From Ylistrum balloti (lineage: Eukaryota): a DNA stretch of 64,000 nt. Both the position numbers and the translations under genes were made by a program. The first letter of the stretch is position 1, and every line of letters begins with the position of its first letter. The notes beneath the pieces were generated by a model, which saw only the letters and a list, made by a program, of their open reading frames with translations, did no database searches and was not told the origin of the DNA. Location: assembly GCF_031769215.1 (NCBI RefSeq), contig NW_026783106.1, positions 1 to 64,000 on the forward strand, in the 5' to 3' direction. Positions 49,791-61,708 of this stretch are shown one piece after another.

Positions 49791-51225
49791 TTACACAAGT
49801 CCTAATATACTGTTGACAAGAACTTGAGCAACATCCGGTGACACTCTACTTAAAACACTCTGCTGTGCCAGCGTCTCTAACAATGCCATCCGAGAGCTCA
49901 AAGTTGTGTCCTGTTGTGATGATGATGCCTGTTGCCTAAATACGTAGTCACCAGATCTCTTCCAAGCAGGCGTTGCTCGTTGTCTGGTGCTTCGTCGAAG
50001 ACCTCTATCAGCCTGCACATCCTTTCGTCCTCCCCCTCCTAAAGATCCATCCTCTCCGGAGAGCTGGTCGTCACCAGATGGACGTACAACATCAACCGCC
50101 TCAGCAACACCATGATCGTCATCCGGGTTCTGAGGTGGGATCACTTCCTGGGTTTCATCAGTAGGTACTGGTCCTCCTGAGATCCGGGAATCAATATCCT
50201 TGATATCCTTATAGTGGCAAGCAAAGTAGTCATCATCATCATCATCGTTGTTCTCGTCTTGCGTCTCAACTTCCTCTGGAGCACTATCTGGCAACAGTCT
50301 TCGTTTTGCGTTTCGCCGGTATGGGCCGATCCCCTGGAACCTCTGGTTGTTCAGGTAATGAACCTATCGGAAGGAGATTGTTGCGGTGCAGAGTCCGTTT
50401 CCTTCCATTTCCAGACTCCGGTTCAACTACATATACAGGGATGTCCTTATTCGATTGTTCCAAGACCTTGTACACTTCCTCCTCCCAGATATCCGAAAGT
50501 TTATGTTTTCCGTCAAACGCTAGGATCTTCACAAGGACTCTGTCGTTCACCTGTATAGTAGCTCCTCTTTTTTTCTTGTCGTACTGTGCTTTCTGTCTGT
50601 CTTTCGCCTTGTATGCAAATGATGAGGCTAGCTTGTAAGACTCCTCTAACCTTGTCTTGAGGTTGTCCACATAATCCGAAAGCGATGTTGTTGAATCGTT
50701 ATTTCTGTCCACGCCATAGGCAATGTCTACTGGTAATCGGGGTTCTCTACCGAACATGAGTTGGAATGGTGAAAGTCCAGTAGAATCGTGGCGAGTGCAG
50801 TTATACGCATGTACTAGGGAAGAAATGTGACGAGCCCAATCACACTTTTCGCTCTCCTCTAGTGTCCGTAGCATGTTTAACCATGTCCGGTTGAACCTTT
50901 CTGTCGTTCCATTTCCCATGGGATGATAGGGTGTTGTCCGTGATCTTTCCATTCCCAGAATGGAACATAGCTCCTTCATCATATCGCTCTCAAAGTTGGT
51001 TCCCTGATCTGTATGGACCTTCTGTGGTATGCCATAATGTACAATAAAGTTGTTGAATATTGCTTCAGCAGTTGTTTTGGCTGTTTGATTCCTTGTTGGG
51101 ATGGCTTGCGCGTATCGTGTAAAGTGGTCCGTTATGACAAGAATGTTTCCAATTCCTCCTTTTGATGGTTCGAGTGAAAGGTAATCGAGGCATAACATCT
51201 CCATGGGTTGAGATGTATGGACCAT
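49791..51225 (-). pseudogene. Integrase of the inner Gypsy: catalytic core plus frameshifted acidic tail; HHCC finger deleted
   Basis: CLDYLSL/HTDQGTNFES/GNGTTERFN in ORF 50284-51225; tail in ORF 49791-50294. Confidence 0.88.
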
Positions 51226-51249
51226 ATGTTGGCTGGTGACCAGTGGGGC

Positions 51250-54024
51250 TTATCCACTCCTCCGTTGGCCGATGTCACACTCTGTCCTTTCAGGGTGAAG
51301 TCCCTTGAGAGCTCCCTCAATGAATGATGATGGCAGCACCAGCTGTTCTTGTCTGCCTCTGTCTCCATCAGTGTTAATCTCACGGTATAACACTCCACGC
51401 TTTAGTCGCAATTTGTCGAAGTTCCGATACATCGTGGTATGATCACGGGTCATGGGTAAACTTTGACGTCTCAGACGAACATGCTTCATGACAGCATCCA
51501 TCCATGGTTTCAATACTGGATCCTGGGTTTGTGCTCGCCTCCACTGTCGGTTAGTCATTCCATCCATGATTCCACCTTCGGCGTCCAATAGTACATCCAC
51601 GGCTGTAGCTGACATCGACAGACAGTTGACATATGCTGAGGTAACTGATGACTGAGATACAGCTTTGACACTATCCCTTGAGATTTTTTCCTGGGAATCC
51701 TCAACAGAGTCTGGCAATCTAGATAATGCGTCTGCGTCGGTGTTGGATTTTCCTGGTCTGTACCTGATATCAAAGTCAAACGCTGCTAATGCCGACAACC
51801 ATCGATGACTGGTAGCATCTAATTTGGCTGAGGTGAGGACATAGGTAAGTGGGTTGTTATCCGTCAGCACTGTGAATTTACTCATGTACAGGTAATCATG
51901 GAATTTCTCGGTTATGGCCCATTTTAGAGCCAGAAACTCCAGCTTATGCGCAGGATAGTTCTTTTCCGATTTGTTGAGTGCACGACTGGCGTAACGGATG
52001 ACTCGGAGTTGATCGTCCTGTCGCTGGTATAATACCGCACCTAGTCCTTTACTGCAAGCGTCTGTGTGAAGCTCAAAGGGTAGCTTATACTGGGCATATC
52101 CAAGTATGGGTGGCGACGTTAGTCGTTTCTTGAGCTCCTGGAATGCCGTGTCCTCCTCTAAACCCCAATGCCATGATGGATGGTCTGTAGTTTTCGGTTT
52201 CTTCTTTCGCCCAGTCTTTGTCCTAGATTTGGCACAACCTGGAAGTAAGTCAGTGAGCGGCTTGGCTATCTTGGCAAAATCCTTAATGAATTTGCGATAG
52301 TAACCAGCGAATCCCAAGAATGAACGAACTTCCTCTGGACTGGTGGGTGTAGTCCAATTCATGACCTTCTCTAGCTTAGCAGGGTCTGGTGACACTCCCT
52401 CTGCTGATACCATGTGTCCTAAGTATATTACCTTGTCCTGTAGAAACTTACACTTCTTCGGGGAAAGCTTGAGGCCACATTCCCTCAATCTCTGCAAGAC
52501 CCTCTCTATTCTTCTTAGGTGTTCTTCATAGGTGTCAGAGAAGATGATCAAATCATCCAGATAGATCAGGCAAATCTGAAGATGCAGGTCACCTAGGCAC
52601 TCTTCCATCAGCCTTTGGTAAGTAGTCGGGGCGTTGCTAAGTCCGAACGGCATCCTATTGTACTCAAAGAAGCCTAACGGGCCAACAGTAAACGCTGTCC
52701 GTTCCTTGTCAGCTTCAGCAATTTCCACCTGGTGATAACCTGATTTCATGTCCAAAACGGTAAAGAATTTGGAACCAGTGAGAGCATCAAGTATCTCCTC
52801 GATTCTTGGAAGTGCATAAGAATCTTTAATAGTCCGATTGTTTAATTCCCTGAAATCTATACACACCCTCAGTTGTCCATCCTTCTTACGTACTAAAACG
52901 ATAGGCGAAGCCCAAGGACTGTGGGATGGTCGAATGATTCCAGTGTTAGACAGCTGATGAAGATGATTTCTAACTTCATACATAGATGGAGGGATATGTC
53001 GATGCCTCTGCTTAAATGGTGTAGGATTACTCAAAACGATGTGATGTTTGACAGCCGATGAAAATCCTATGTCCTCATCATTATGGGAGAACACATCTTC
53101 AAATCCTGCCAAGATGTTCCGTACTTCTGCCACCTTATCTTCTGACAGGGTATCGGAGCCAATCTCCAACTTCTCCAAGATATCATCAAACTGTTGACGT
53201 AGTTCTTCTCTCTCGACATCTTCTTTATCCTCCATGTTGACTGGAGTAATCTCACAGAGAACAGCTCGAGGTGCGATGACCATGGTGTGAGTGGACATGT
53301 TAAATAGCTGAACCCGTAGACTCCTATTACCTTTGTAGTGATAGTTGATCATAGCAGGGTTCAAGTCCAAGTCCGGCTGAGATGTGATGCAGTCCTTTGC
53401 TGGCTGTAATAGGGCACAGGTAGGATGATATGGCATCTCCTTATCAACATACGACTTGACAATCACAGAACTGTTGGGTGGTACACTGATGTTCTTCTCT
53501 TCCGAACTTCTCACAATCCCAAGTCTGAAATTGTTCCTCGCTAGGTCCTTTTCCATCGAACTTAGACATCTAAACGCTAGGAACCATGGCGTATGTAGAT
53601 CAGCTTCCTGTAGGAATCGAATACCATGCTGTTGATGACAAACCTCCAAAAGAACTGAGAGGATGTTGGTTCCTATAAGTAAAGGCACTCTGGAATTGTA
53701 CGGACTATCCGGAACAACCAGTAAAACACAGTCCTGTAATGTCCTTCCTGCCAGTCCTGTAGCAGCTATAGTTGTCTCTACAAATCCTACATATGGAAGA
53801 GATTGTCCATCCGCACACTCAATGTTGAGTACACAAGTTAACGGCTGTATAGGAATATGGGACAGCTTCGAGTCATAGTAACACTTGGCAACCGTCGATA
53901 CTGTGGAGCCTGTGTCTAACAGTGCACGAGTCTCGTTTCCATCAACATAAAGCTGGACTTCATTGGCTGATCCAATCAATCCACCACTGACAAATATCTT
54001 TGTTGGGACTCTGTACTGTTTGAC
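51250..54024 (-). pseudogene. pol: PR-RT-RNase H of the inner Gypsy
   Basis: ALLDTGSTVS, LDMKSGYHQ, YLDDLIIFS, HTDACSKGLG, TDNNPL and ADALSR; disconnected from INT by a deletion at ~51280. Confidence 0.92.
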
Positions 54025-55113
54025 CTAATGGTGTCCCCTCCCCATTGGTCCCTGTCCATTTAAATGCTGCTGCTGATGTCCACGAGGTCCTGACCTCCTA
54101 AAGTTAGGTCTCCTGATATGATCCAGTCGCACTCTACAGCCATACTGTAAGTGACCAAATTGTCCACAGCGGTAGCACTCAGGTTCATCTGTATATCCTT
54201 CTGCAGCATCTCCCTGGAAGTCTTGTTGCGGGAAATTATGTCTCTGTTGCTGCTTGTGTTGCTGCTGTTGATGCTGATGCTGTTGAGGCTTGGGTTTCGG
54301 TGGCTTACTGTTGCTGGACTTCAACGACCGGACTTCTGAGGTAAGTTGTTTTAGCATTCCCTCCAACTTCTCATATCGTTGGTCATCGGGAGAAGGCATA
54401 TCACCACAAGCCACCTTGACAGTAGCCATCTTCCTCTTATCTGCATTCACCTCTGACTCTATCTTCCTCAATTCCACTTTGAAGTCTTCGTAGCCAGCAC
54501 ACAGGTCATACTTTGCTGCGGAACGATCCTTCAAAGTAGGTCTAAGACCTTTCCAGATCCTGCTGTGTAACATCTGGTTACGTCTAACTGTAGGAAGTGG
54601 CTCCATCCTAGTAGCCTTCATCAGCAAGTCCTCGAGACGACATCCCCATGTTGCAACATCCTCAGTCTCTTCTTGTCTGGCATTGTAAAACTTGCCCATC
54701 AGAGCCTCCTGATCCTCAACGACACCATAATTACACTCCAACTGTCTTAGTAAATCAGCAATAGAAGCATCTGTGCCGAGTCGCATGGCCACCTTACCAG
54801 CATTACCTCTAAGGGATCTTCTAACTAGCTGTCCTAATGCCTCAGGTGTGATAGTCTTGTCCTTCCTCAAACATTCCACTTCATAACGCCAAAGATCGTA
54901 GGTTGTCTCCCCCTTCACTGTAGGATCTCCGCTGAATGGTGGTAATCTGGCATTCTGGGTAACGACTAGGCGCTCAACATCCTTCTTCTCATCCTTAACC
55001 TCACCTAGCTGCTTCACATATCCAGCCATCCACTGCTTGAAGTCCTCAGCACTATCACACTTGGGAGTAACACCTAGATCCTGGAATGCTTGGACCAATT
55101 TATCTCCATCCAT
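54025..55113 (-). CDS. gag: Gag (PNMA/Ma-like capsid) with a CCHC knuckle
   Basis: Open from ATG 55113 (MDGDKLVQAF); RLPPFSGD..YDLWRYEVECL, poly-Q tract, CYRCGQFGHLQYGC. Confidence 0.9.
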   Translation of the reverse strand: MDGDKLVQAFQDLGVTPKCDSAEDFKQWMAGYVKQLGEVKDEKKDVERLVVTQNARLPPFSGDPTVKGETTYDLWRYEVECLRKDKTITPEALGQLVRRSLRGNAGKVAMRLGTDASIADLLRQLECNYGVVEDQEALMGKFYNARQEETEDVATWGCRLEDLLMKATRMEPLPTVRRNQMLHSRIWKGLRPTLKDRSAAKYDLCAGYEDFKVELRKIESEVNADKRKMATVKVACGDMPSPDDQRYEKLEGMLKQLTSEVRSLKSSNSKPPKPKPQQHQHQQQQHKQQQRHNFPQQDFQGDAAEGYTDEPECYRCGQFGHLQYGCRVRLDHIRRPNFRRSGPRGHQQQHLNGQGPMGRGHH

Positions 55114-58100
55114 GGTGAATAATGCACGAGAAATTGTACAAAAACACACAAGTTGAATAACTAATTAAAACATAGATAGAAAATGAAATCTGAAATGAAG
55201 AAAAAATAACAACACAACACCAGGGTAAGTTTTACTTACATCAGGAACCTGCAGCTGAAAAGTAAGCTTCGCGCAGAAAATAATTGCGTAAATTAATGAA
55301 GCCGCTAGCAAATACTTCGCAAAATGCCACAAGCTACCACAAAAATACACAAGACAAATTAAGTTAGTCTAACATATGACACAGACAAGAAAATTACAGA
55401 GAGAGAGAGAGAAAAAAAAGGGGGGGGAAAGAAAAAAAAATCTAAATTTCAAATATTAGAAAAATAAAAATAATAATGAAGTCTCCTGTGTGACACAAAT
55501 AATCACAAAGATATTCTCAAATAAATGTTACAATACCTTGGGAAAAAAAACACCAGCAATAAATAAATCTAACAAAATGATACACAGCAAGTTACCTTTG
55601 TTTACATATGTCAAACACATGTGTACCGGATGTATACAATATAACCCGGAAGTGACGTCAGACAAAAGTATAGAAAATACGACACTTACAAAATCATGTT
55701 TCAATCACAACACATAGCAAATATATAAACTAGCAAAATAAATTCAAATATCATTCAACTTGTATGAAGCAAATAAATTAAATAAATACAAGAACAAAAA
55801 AAAGTAAGTCTATTAAATCATCACAGCTACTGCAGAACAGAAGAATAAAGTGGAAAGTTCACCAGATCACAGCATCGAAAAACGTGTCGTTGTGACACAG
55901 CTCGCTGAACCGCATGTTCACTGTCACGATTACGATAACCACAATCAACAGTCAAACATAGCGATACAAGGCTATCGGCAAAAGTCAAACAATAACATCA
56001 TTATACCTGGTTCCTTGGAATGTTCCTGCACTGTATCCAGACGGTCATTTCCGTAAAACATCACAGCCTTCCTTGGAAATAGAATAAAACACATCCATAA
56101 ACCGAGACATGTGCGTCGTCTACCCTGTAGAGCGACTTTCACCTTCGATGTATAGGGTTCTTCTAATCTCTGCGCTGAGATCGGTCACGCAAATCCGGAA
56201 TGTGGGAATTTGCAAGGAGGAGTTACATCCCTTGGCTCTAGCGGAGACATCACATGGGCGCCAATGTAAAATAGAGTGTAGAAGAAGAAGGACGCAGATC
56301 GACGCTTCATATTTTTATTCCATTTAATAAAAAAAACCTACAAAGACAATACACAAAGAATTAAGCAGATATCACAGATATTACTAATCCTTACATGATG
56401 TACATGAAGTGCTCAGTGAATACATATTTCATATGTTATCACGCTAAAACTATTCAACAAAAACAAGAATAATAATCTATCTTTACAATGAATACTTTTA
56501 TCATCATAAATATTTATCTTAGAATAGAAAATGCTTATACATTGTTACTATAATATATATATATATCATATTCATAATTGACTACAATCAGTAAAATACA
56601 CATGTACCTACCCCAACTATGGGTCGGGGGTTTCACAGAAGAACTTCTGTATAAAAACTTCTTAATTTACGTATATGGATTATCTGTAAAAGATACATAC
56701 CAACACATACAGATCATGTATGAACAACATTTGCAGACAATATGAACGTTTTCGCCAATACTAATATGATTCTAATAACTTTATAATCTTTACCAATAAT
56801 TTCAATCCTTATCGCTAATTCCAATTAAGACATACTTTTTCCAAAATTCACAATAATAAATAATAATTCAAAATAACCAAATATATCATTAGATTATATG
56901 ACAACTAAATGTTGTACATACCATATATATGATCTTCAGGAAGACTTCACAGAATAGTAAAAATTAGGAAGAACCGGACTGTGTGTAACACGTCCGCGCA
57001 GTTCCTCTACAAATGTCTCTCTAAAACCGCGCCAAAAGCTAACAAAGACACTGACCACTATACCAAAACGAGGTAACACACATATATAGAACCATAGAAT
57101 AATTAATCAGGTTAGACAAGTGACAGGTATACACTTATACAGGTACACAGCCTAGCGACCATACGCAGCGCACATACACACGCAAACAGCACAATAAACG
57201 CGGCACAACATTAAATTTAATTTAAAATCAAGACAAATTATAAAACATCATTATTTGCACTTTGTTACATGTGTTTCACCATCATGCGTATTTAATACAG
57301 TGCACATGACGTCATCAAGATCTGGTTCCTCGTTGTTGTGCTGTACTGGTTTGTCTGCCTTTATTATTTGTTTGCGATTGCGACGAAACGTTCTGCCACT
57401 TTGGGTGCTAATGATGTAAGATCTTGAGGAATATTCTCTCTCAATGATTCCTGGTTTCCATTGGTGGTTGTGAGCGAAACGTACTTTGTCCTCCTTTTGT
57501 GGTGTCAGAGGGGGCTTTGCTGACTTGTCACAGTGTTTTTGTTGATCAGTCTGAGTTATCTCCCTTTGTTTCTTTACTGTTTCCTGTTTAACTTCTTTTG
57601 GTGTGAGTTGTTCTTTTGTTACAAGAAGGAAGGATCCTAATTCACAACTCATGAGGAGTTTTGTGGGTGCTTCGGTGTCCGTAGGTGTGTTTCGGTACTC
57701 CAGTAAGCTTAGATAAGGATCTCCTTCGTCTTTCTTGGATTTTTTTAGGATACGCTTAAGTGTTTGCACAGATTTTTCAGCAAGTCCATTTCCTTGTGGG
57801 TATTGCGGGCTTGAAGTGACATGAGTAAAACCATAATTCTGGGCTGAAATTCTCGTGAGACGTACTGAGGTGCATTGTCACTCCTGACAACTTCTGGAAT
57901 GCTATGTCTTGCAAAGATTGATTTTATGTGAATTATCACTGTTGTGCTGAGCATATTTTTTAAAGTTTCACAATCTCGAACAACCTTGAATAGTAGTCTG
58001 TGACTATAACGAAGTCAGAGTTGTCCCACATGAAAAAATCTGTTCCAACCATTTGCCACGGTCTTTCTGGTATCTCAGTAGATATCAGTTGTTCCTTTCG

Positions 58101-60303
58101 ATTTGCGTGTTGATAATCCAAACTTGTACTGCATTTTGTGACCATGTCAGAGATTTGTCCATTCATTCCAGGCCAAAACAGTAGTACTAGTGCTCTTCTT
58201 TTGGACTTTTCGATTCCCTTTGGACTAACGTGTATGTTGTCGAGCATTTCATTTTGCATGGGATTTGGTATTACTATCCTGGTCCCTTTGAATATGATTC
58301 CATTTACCACCGTTAGTTCATCCTTAGTTCCAGTATTCTTGTACACTGGAAGGAGTTTTCATTCTGTGTGTAGGCCAGCCTGATTCAATGACTGTTTTGA
58401 GGTCATACAGTTCATGTTGAGCGGCTGTGTGAATTTCATTCATTTGGCTCACTGACTGTCACGACAAGGTCTTTGCCAGGCCTATACCTCAGATTGATGT
58501 CGTATCGTTGCAGTCGAAGCAACATCTCTTGCAACTTTGGGGTGCTTGGTTCAAAGGTTTCATGATTATTTTTTCCAGTGGTTTATGGTCCAATTCTACA
58601 TGAGTGACACGTCCATAAGTATATTGATTGAAACGTTTAGGCGCAAACACCACAGTTAGTAGCTCTTTCTCAATTTGCTCGTACCTAGTTTCCGCATCTG
58701 TTAGTGCACGTGACGCAAATGCAACAGGTAGATTGTTTGTATGAGTACAGCACCTTGTCCAGATTTCGATGAATCACAACTGAACTGGCGAGGATGGATT
58801 TGTTCACATCAAAGTATTTCAATACCGGTTCCTTCATGCTGTTTTTCCATTCAAATTCTGTGTCCCTTCTCACTATATTTCTTATGGGATGAGTTATTGT
58901 CGCCATGTTTTGAATAAACTTGGCCAAATAGTTCACAGTCCCCAAAGCCTCTTAACACCATTTTTATCCTCTGGCGGGGGCATTTCTGTGATTGCCTGTA
59001 CTTTTTCAAAGTCTGGCTTTATTGCGGATTGAGTTAGTCTGTGTCCTGTGTAGCTGATCTCTGATGCACGAAATTTACATTTGTCGCGGTTCAGAGTCTA
59101 TCGTCTGTGTCCGTTTCTACTCCAGTAAAGTGTTGGTTAATATGTTTCTGAAACAATTGTTGAGCTGACTTTCAATTTCAACAAATTTTATTGTTAAATT
59201 GACAAATGGATTGGGCAGCAGGCATAGCCTATTTAAGCCCTCTCCAATTCTAAGCCCTCTCCAAGTTGAGCTGACTTGATGCCAAATGGCATTCTGGTAT
59301 AACAGTACCTTCCAAAAGGCGTATTAAATGGTGTCAACTCCTAGCTTTCCTCCTGCAATGGAATTTGCCAATATCCATGATTTGCGTCTAACTTCGAAAA
59401 CAGTTTTGCGTTTTGCATTCTTGAAATGATATCTTCAATGGTAGGCAGTTGAAAATGTTCTCTCTTTATTGCAACGTTTCTTGGATCCAAGCACACTCTA
59501 AGTTTGTTTTGTTTCTCTACAATAACTTGACAATTAACCCAGTCTGGTGGATGGTCATTTTTTATTACACCATCTGTTTCCATATCTGACAAAGTTTGTG
59601 TAAGTCCTTAAAACTGTGTTATTTGCCTTGTGTCTGTGGTTGCCTTTTGCGTACCGGTGTATTGGACGGTTTGGTAGGTGTGCTACGATTTGAATTATTT
59701 GTGGGTTTTCTTGTGACGACTGCTACTTTACTTTATGGGTGCATTTTTCATCATTTTTATACATGCCTCGCTAGCTCTGCATGTGGAGAGGGTTTTGGCC
59801 AGTGTCAGGTCAGTTTCTCTTAATAAACGTTCCTTTACTTTATCAGAGTGCACTCCACACACAATTCCATCTTTCACCATCTCACCCTCCATTCCACCAA
59901 ATTTGCCCTGTTTTGCCATTACCGTCAGTTCTGTCACATATTGATCTATCGATTCGAATTGATTTTGAGTTCGTGTATTAAATTTGTGACGCCATACTAT
60001 TGTGTTTTCAAGGGGGAGGTGAGGGAGAGAGGTGCAGTAGTCTTGAAACTTTTTGAACACCTCGATTTTGTTCTTATTACCCACGGATATTGTCATAGTG
60101 TTAAACAATTCACGTCCATCTTGACCGATTAGATACAGAAAAAAAAATCACTGGTCCTTTTCCTCGCGAACATGCATCGCTATGTTTATATACAGCCTCA
60201 TTGTTTGCTGCCAGTGACGCCAACGTTCGGGTAATTTCCGTCCGATTTTACCAAATCAAGTTCGGGTGGGGGTCGTATGTGTTCCATTCCTATGTGGATA
60301 CCA

Positions 60304-61030
60304 CTTACATTTCCCGATTATGGCAACCTCTAGACCTCAACGGTTCTTGGGAAATCGGTTAAGTCGAAATTTAATATCCTCATTCTTGGTTTAACGTGAA
60401 TGAAGGCGAAATGTGGTTAGAAATGATCGTCGGCGGTAGTGAAAACGTCACTTCTGTGCAGTTCGATCCCGGAGTATCGACGAAACTGCACGTGGAAGCA
60501 AGTTATTATCCGACAGTGAACAGCCTACTGGAATATTTGTGGGGAGCAAAATGAATGGTAACACACCGCGACATGTTCAGAATTAACGTCGACGACATCG
60601 ACAGTAGAGTTACGTTAACGATATCGGCTGGCTTACGCATCGTTATGAGCGAAATATTAGCGAAATTGTTAGGTTTCGAGAATAGAAAATTTTCAAAAAG
60701 AAAACATAGAGGGACATATATAGCAGTCACCAGACCGACAGGGATTCTATTCTATCTACGTATATTGTCCGTTAGTAGAACCGCAAATAGTAGGTGACAC
60801 GAGAGTCCCGCTTGTAAGAATAGTCTCCATAGAAGACAAACAAGGACGCGTCGTGAGTAAAGAATGTCAATCCTTTCATGACGCAGCTCTCAATCGAAGA
60901 CGTTTTCAAGAAATAAACAAAATGATGAGAGACGACACGGGTAAGCCCATTCGAGAGGGGGGAAGTTGTAGTCACGTTACACTTGTAGTCACGTTACATT
61001 TCCGAAGACGGTCGTTAGGCAGACTCTGAA
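60304..61030 (+). pseudogene. Polinton/Maverick (adintovirus-like) minor capsid protein (penton) remnant
   Basis: Across frameshifts it reads YISRLWQPLDLNGSWEIGLSEI*YPHSWFNV ... VEPQIVGDTRVPLVRIV ... RDDTGK-PFERGEVVVTLHFRRR. These are the N- and C-terminal signatures of Polinton penton proteins, recognised from memory. Confidence 0.82.
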
Positions 61031-61627
61031 CGACAGTTGTAGTCACGTTACTTTTCCGAAGACGGTCGTTAGGCAGACTCTGAACGACAGTTGTAGTCAT
61101 GTTACATTTCCGAAGACGGTCGTTAGGCAGACCCTGAACGACAGTTGTAGTCACGTTACATTTCCGATGATGGTCGTTAGGCAGTCCCTGAACGACAGTT
61201 GTAGTCACGTTACATTTCCGATGATGGTCGTTAGGCAGACTCTGAACGACAGTTGTAGTCACGTTACATTTCCGAAGACGGTCGTTAGGCAGACTGAACG
61301 ACATTTGTAGTCACGCTATATTTCCGAAGACGGTCGTTAGGCAGACCCTGAACGAGAGTTGTAGTCACGTTACACTTCCGATGACGGTCGTTAGGCAGAC
61401 TCTGAACGACAGTTTTAGTCACGTTACACTTCCGAAGACGGTCGTTAGGCAGACCCTGAACGACAGTTGTAGTCACGTTACACTTCCGAAGACGGTCGTT
61501 AGGCAGACTCTGAACGACAGTTTTAGTCACGTTACATTTCCGACGACGGTCGTTAGGCATACTCTGAACGACAGTTGTAGTCACGTTACATTTCCGCCGA
61601 CGGTCGTAAGGCATACTCTGAACGACA
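60983..61627 (+). repeat. 54-bp tandem repeat (~12 copies) derived from the penton 3' end
   Basis: Unit GTTGTAGTCACGTTACATTTCCGAAGACGGTCGTTAGGCAGACTCTGAACGACA, which translates as VVVTLHFRRRSLGRL*TT. Confidence 0.93.
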
Positions 61628-61708
61628 AAAAATCTATAAATAATGGTTTTTTAAACAATTGCAAAAGAAATATTTTTGTGGCCACGAAACAAAACTGGTA
61701 TCGACGAA

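Larger units (their letters stand above)
48527..57269 (-). mobile_element. Gypsy LTR retrotransposon (inner), 8.7 kb
   Basis: Near-identical LTRs 48527-49535 and 56265-57269 (TGTAAAA...TGTTACA). 4-bp TSD TGTG at 48523-48526 and 57270-57273. PPT AAGGGGAGGA. PBS TGGCGCCCA (partial match to tRNA-Lys). Confidence 0.95.
48369..60303 (-). mobile_element. Older, decayed Gypsy element (outer) split by the inner Gypsy; no LTRs recognisable
   Basis: Gag from ATG 60287 (MEHIRPPPELDL..ERWRHWQQ..YLIGQDGRELFNT..QESIDQYVTEL), protease region missing, RT (KLRVCLDP, KLDANHGYWQI), RH and INT fragments at 57270-59600. The INT tail KSRSGRVISKPKRY at 48385-48526 rejoins in frame once the inner element is removed. 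Confidence 0.85.

Noticed and set aside
21311-60132. Numerous short antisense and alternate-frame ORFs within gag/pol regions
   Set aside because: Shadow ORFs of retrotransposon coding sequence.
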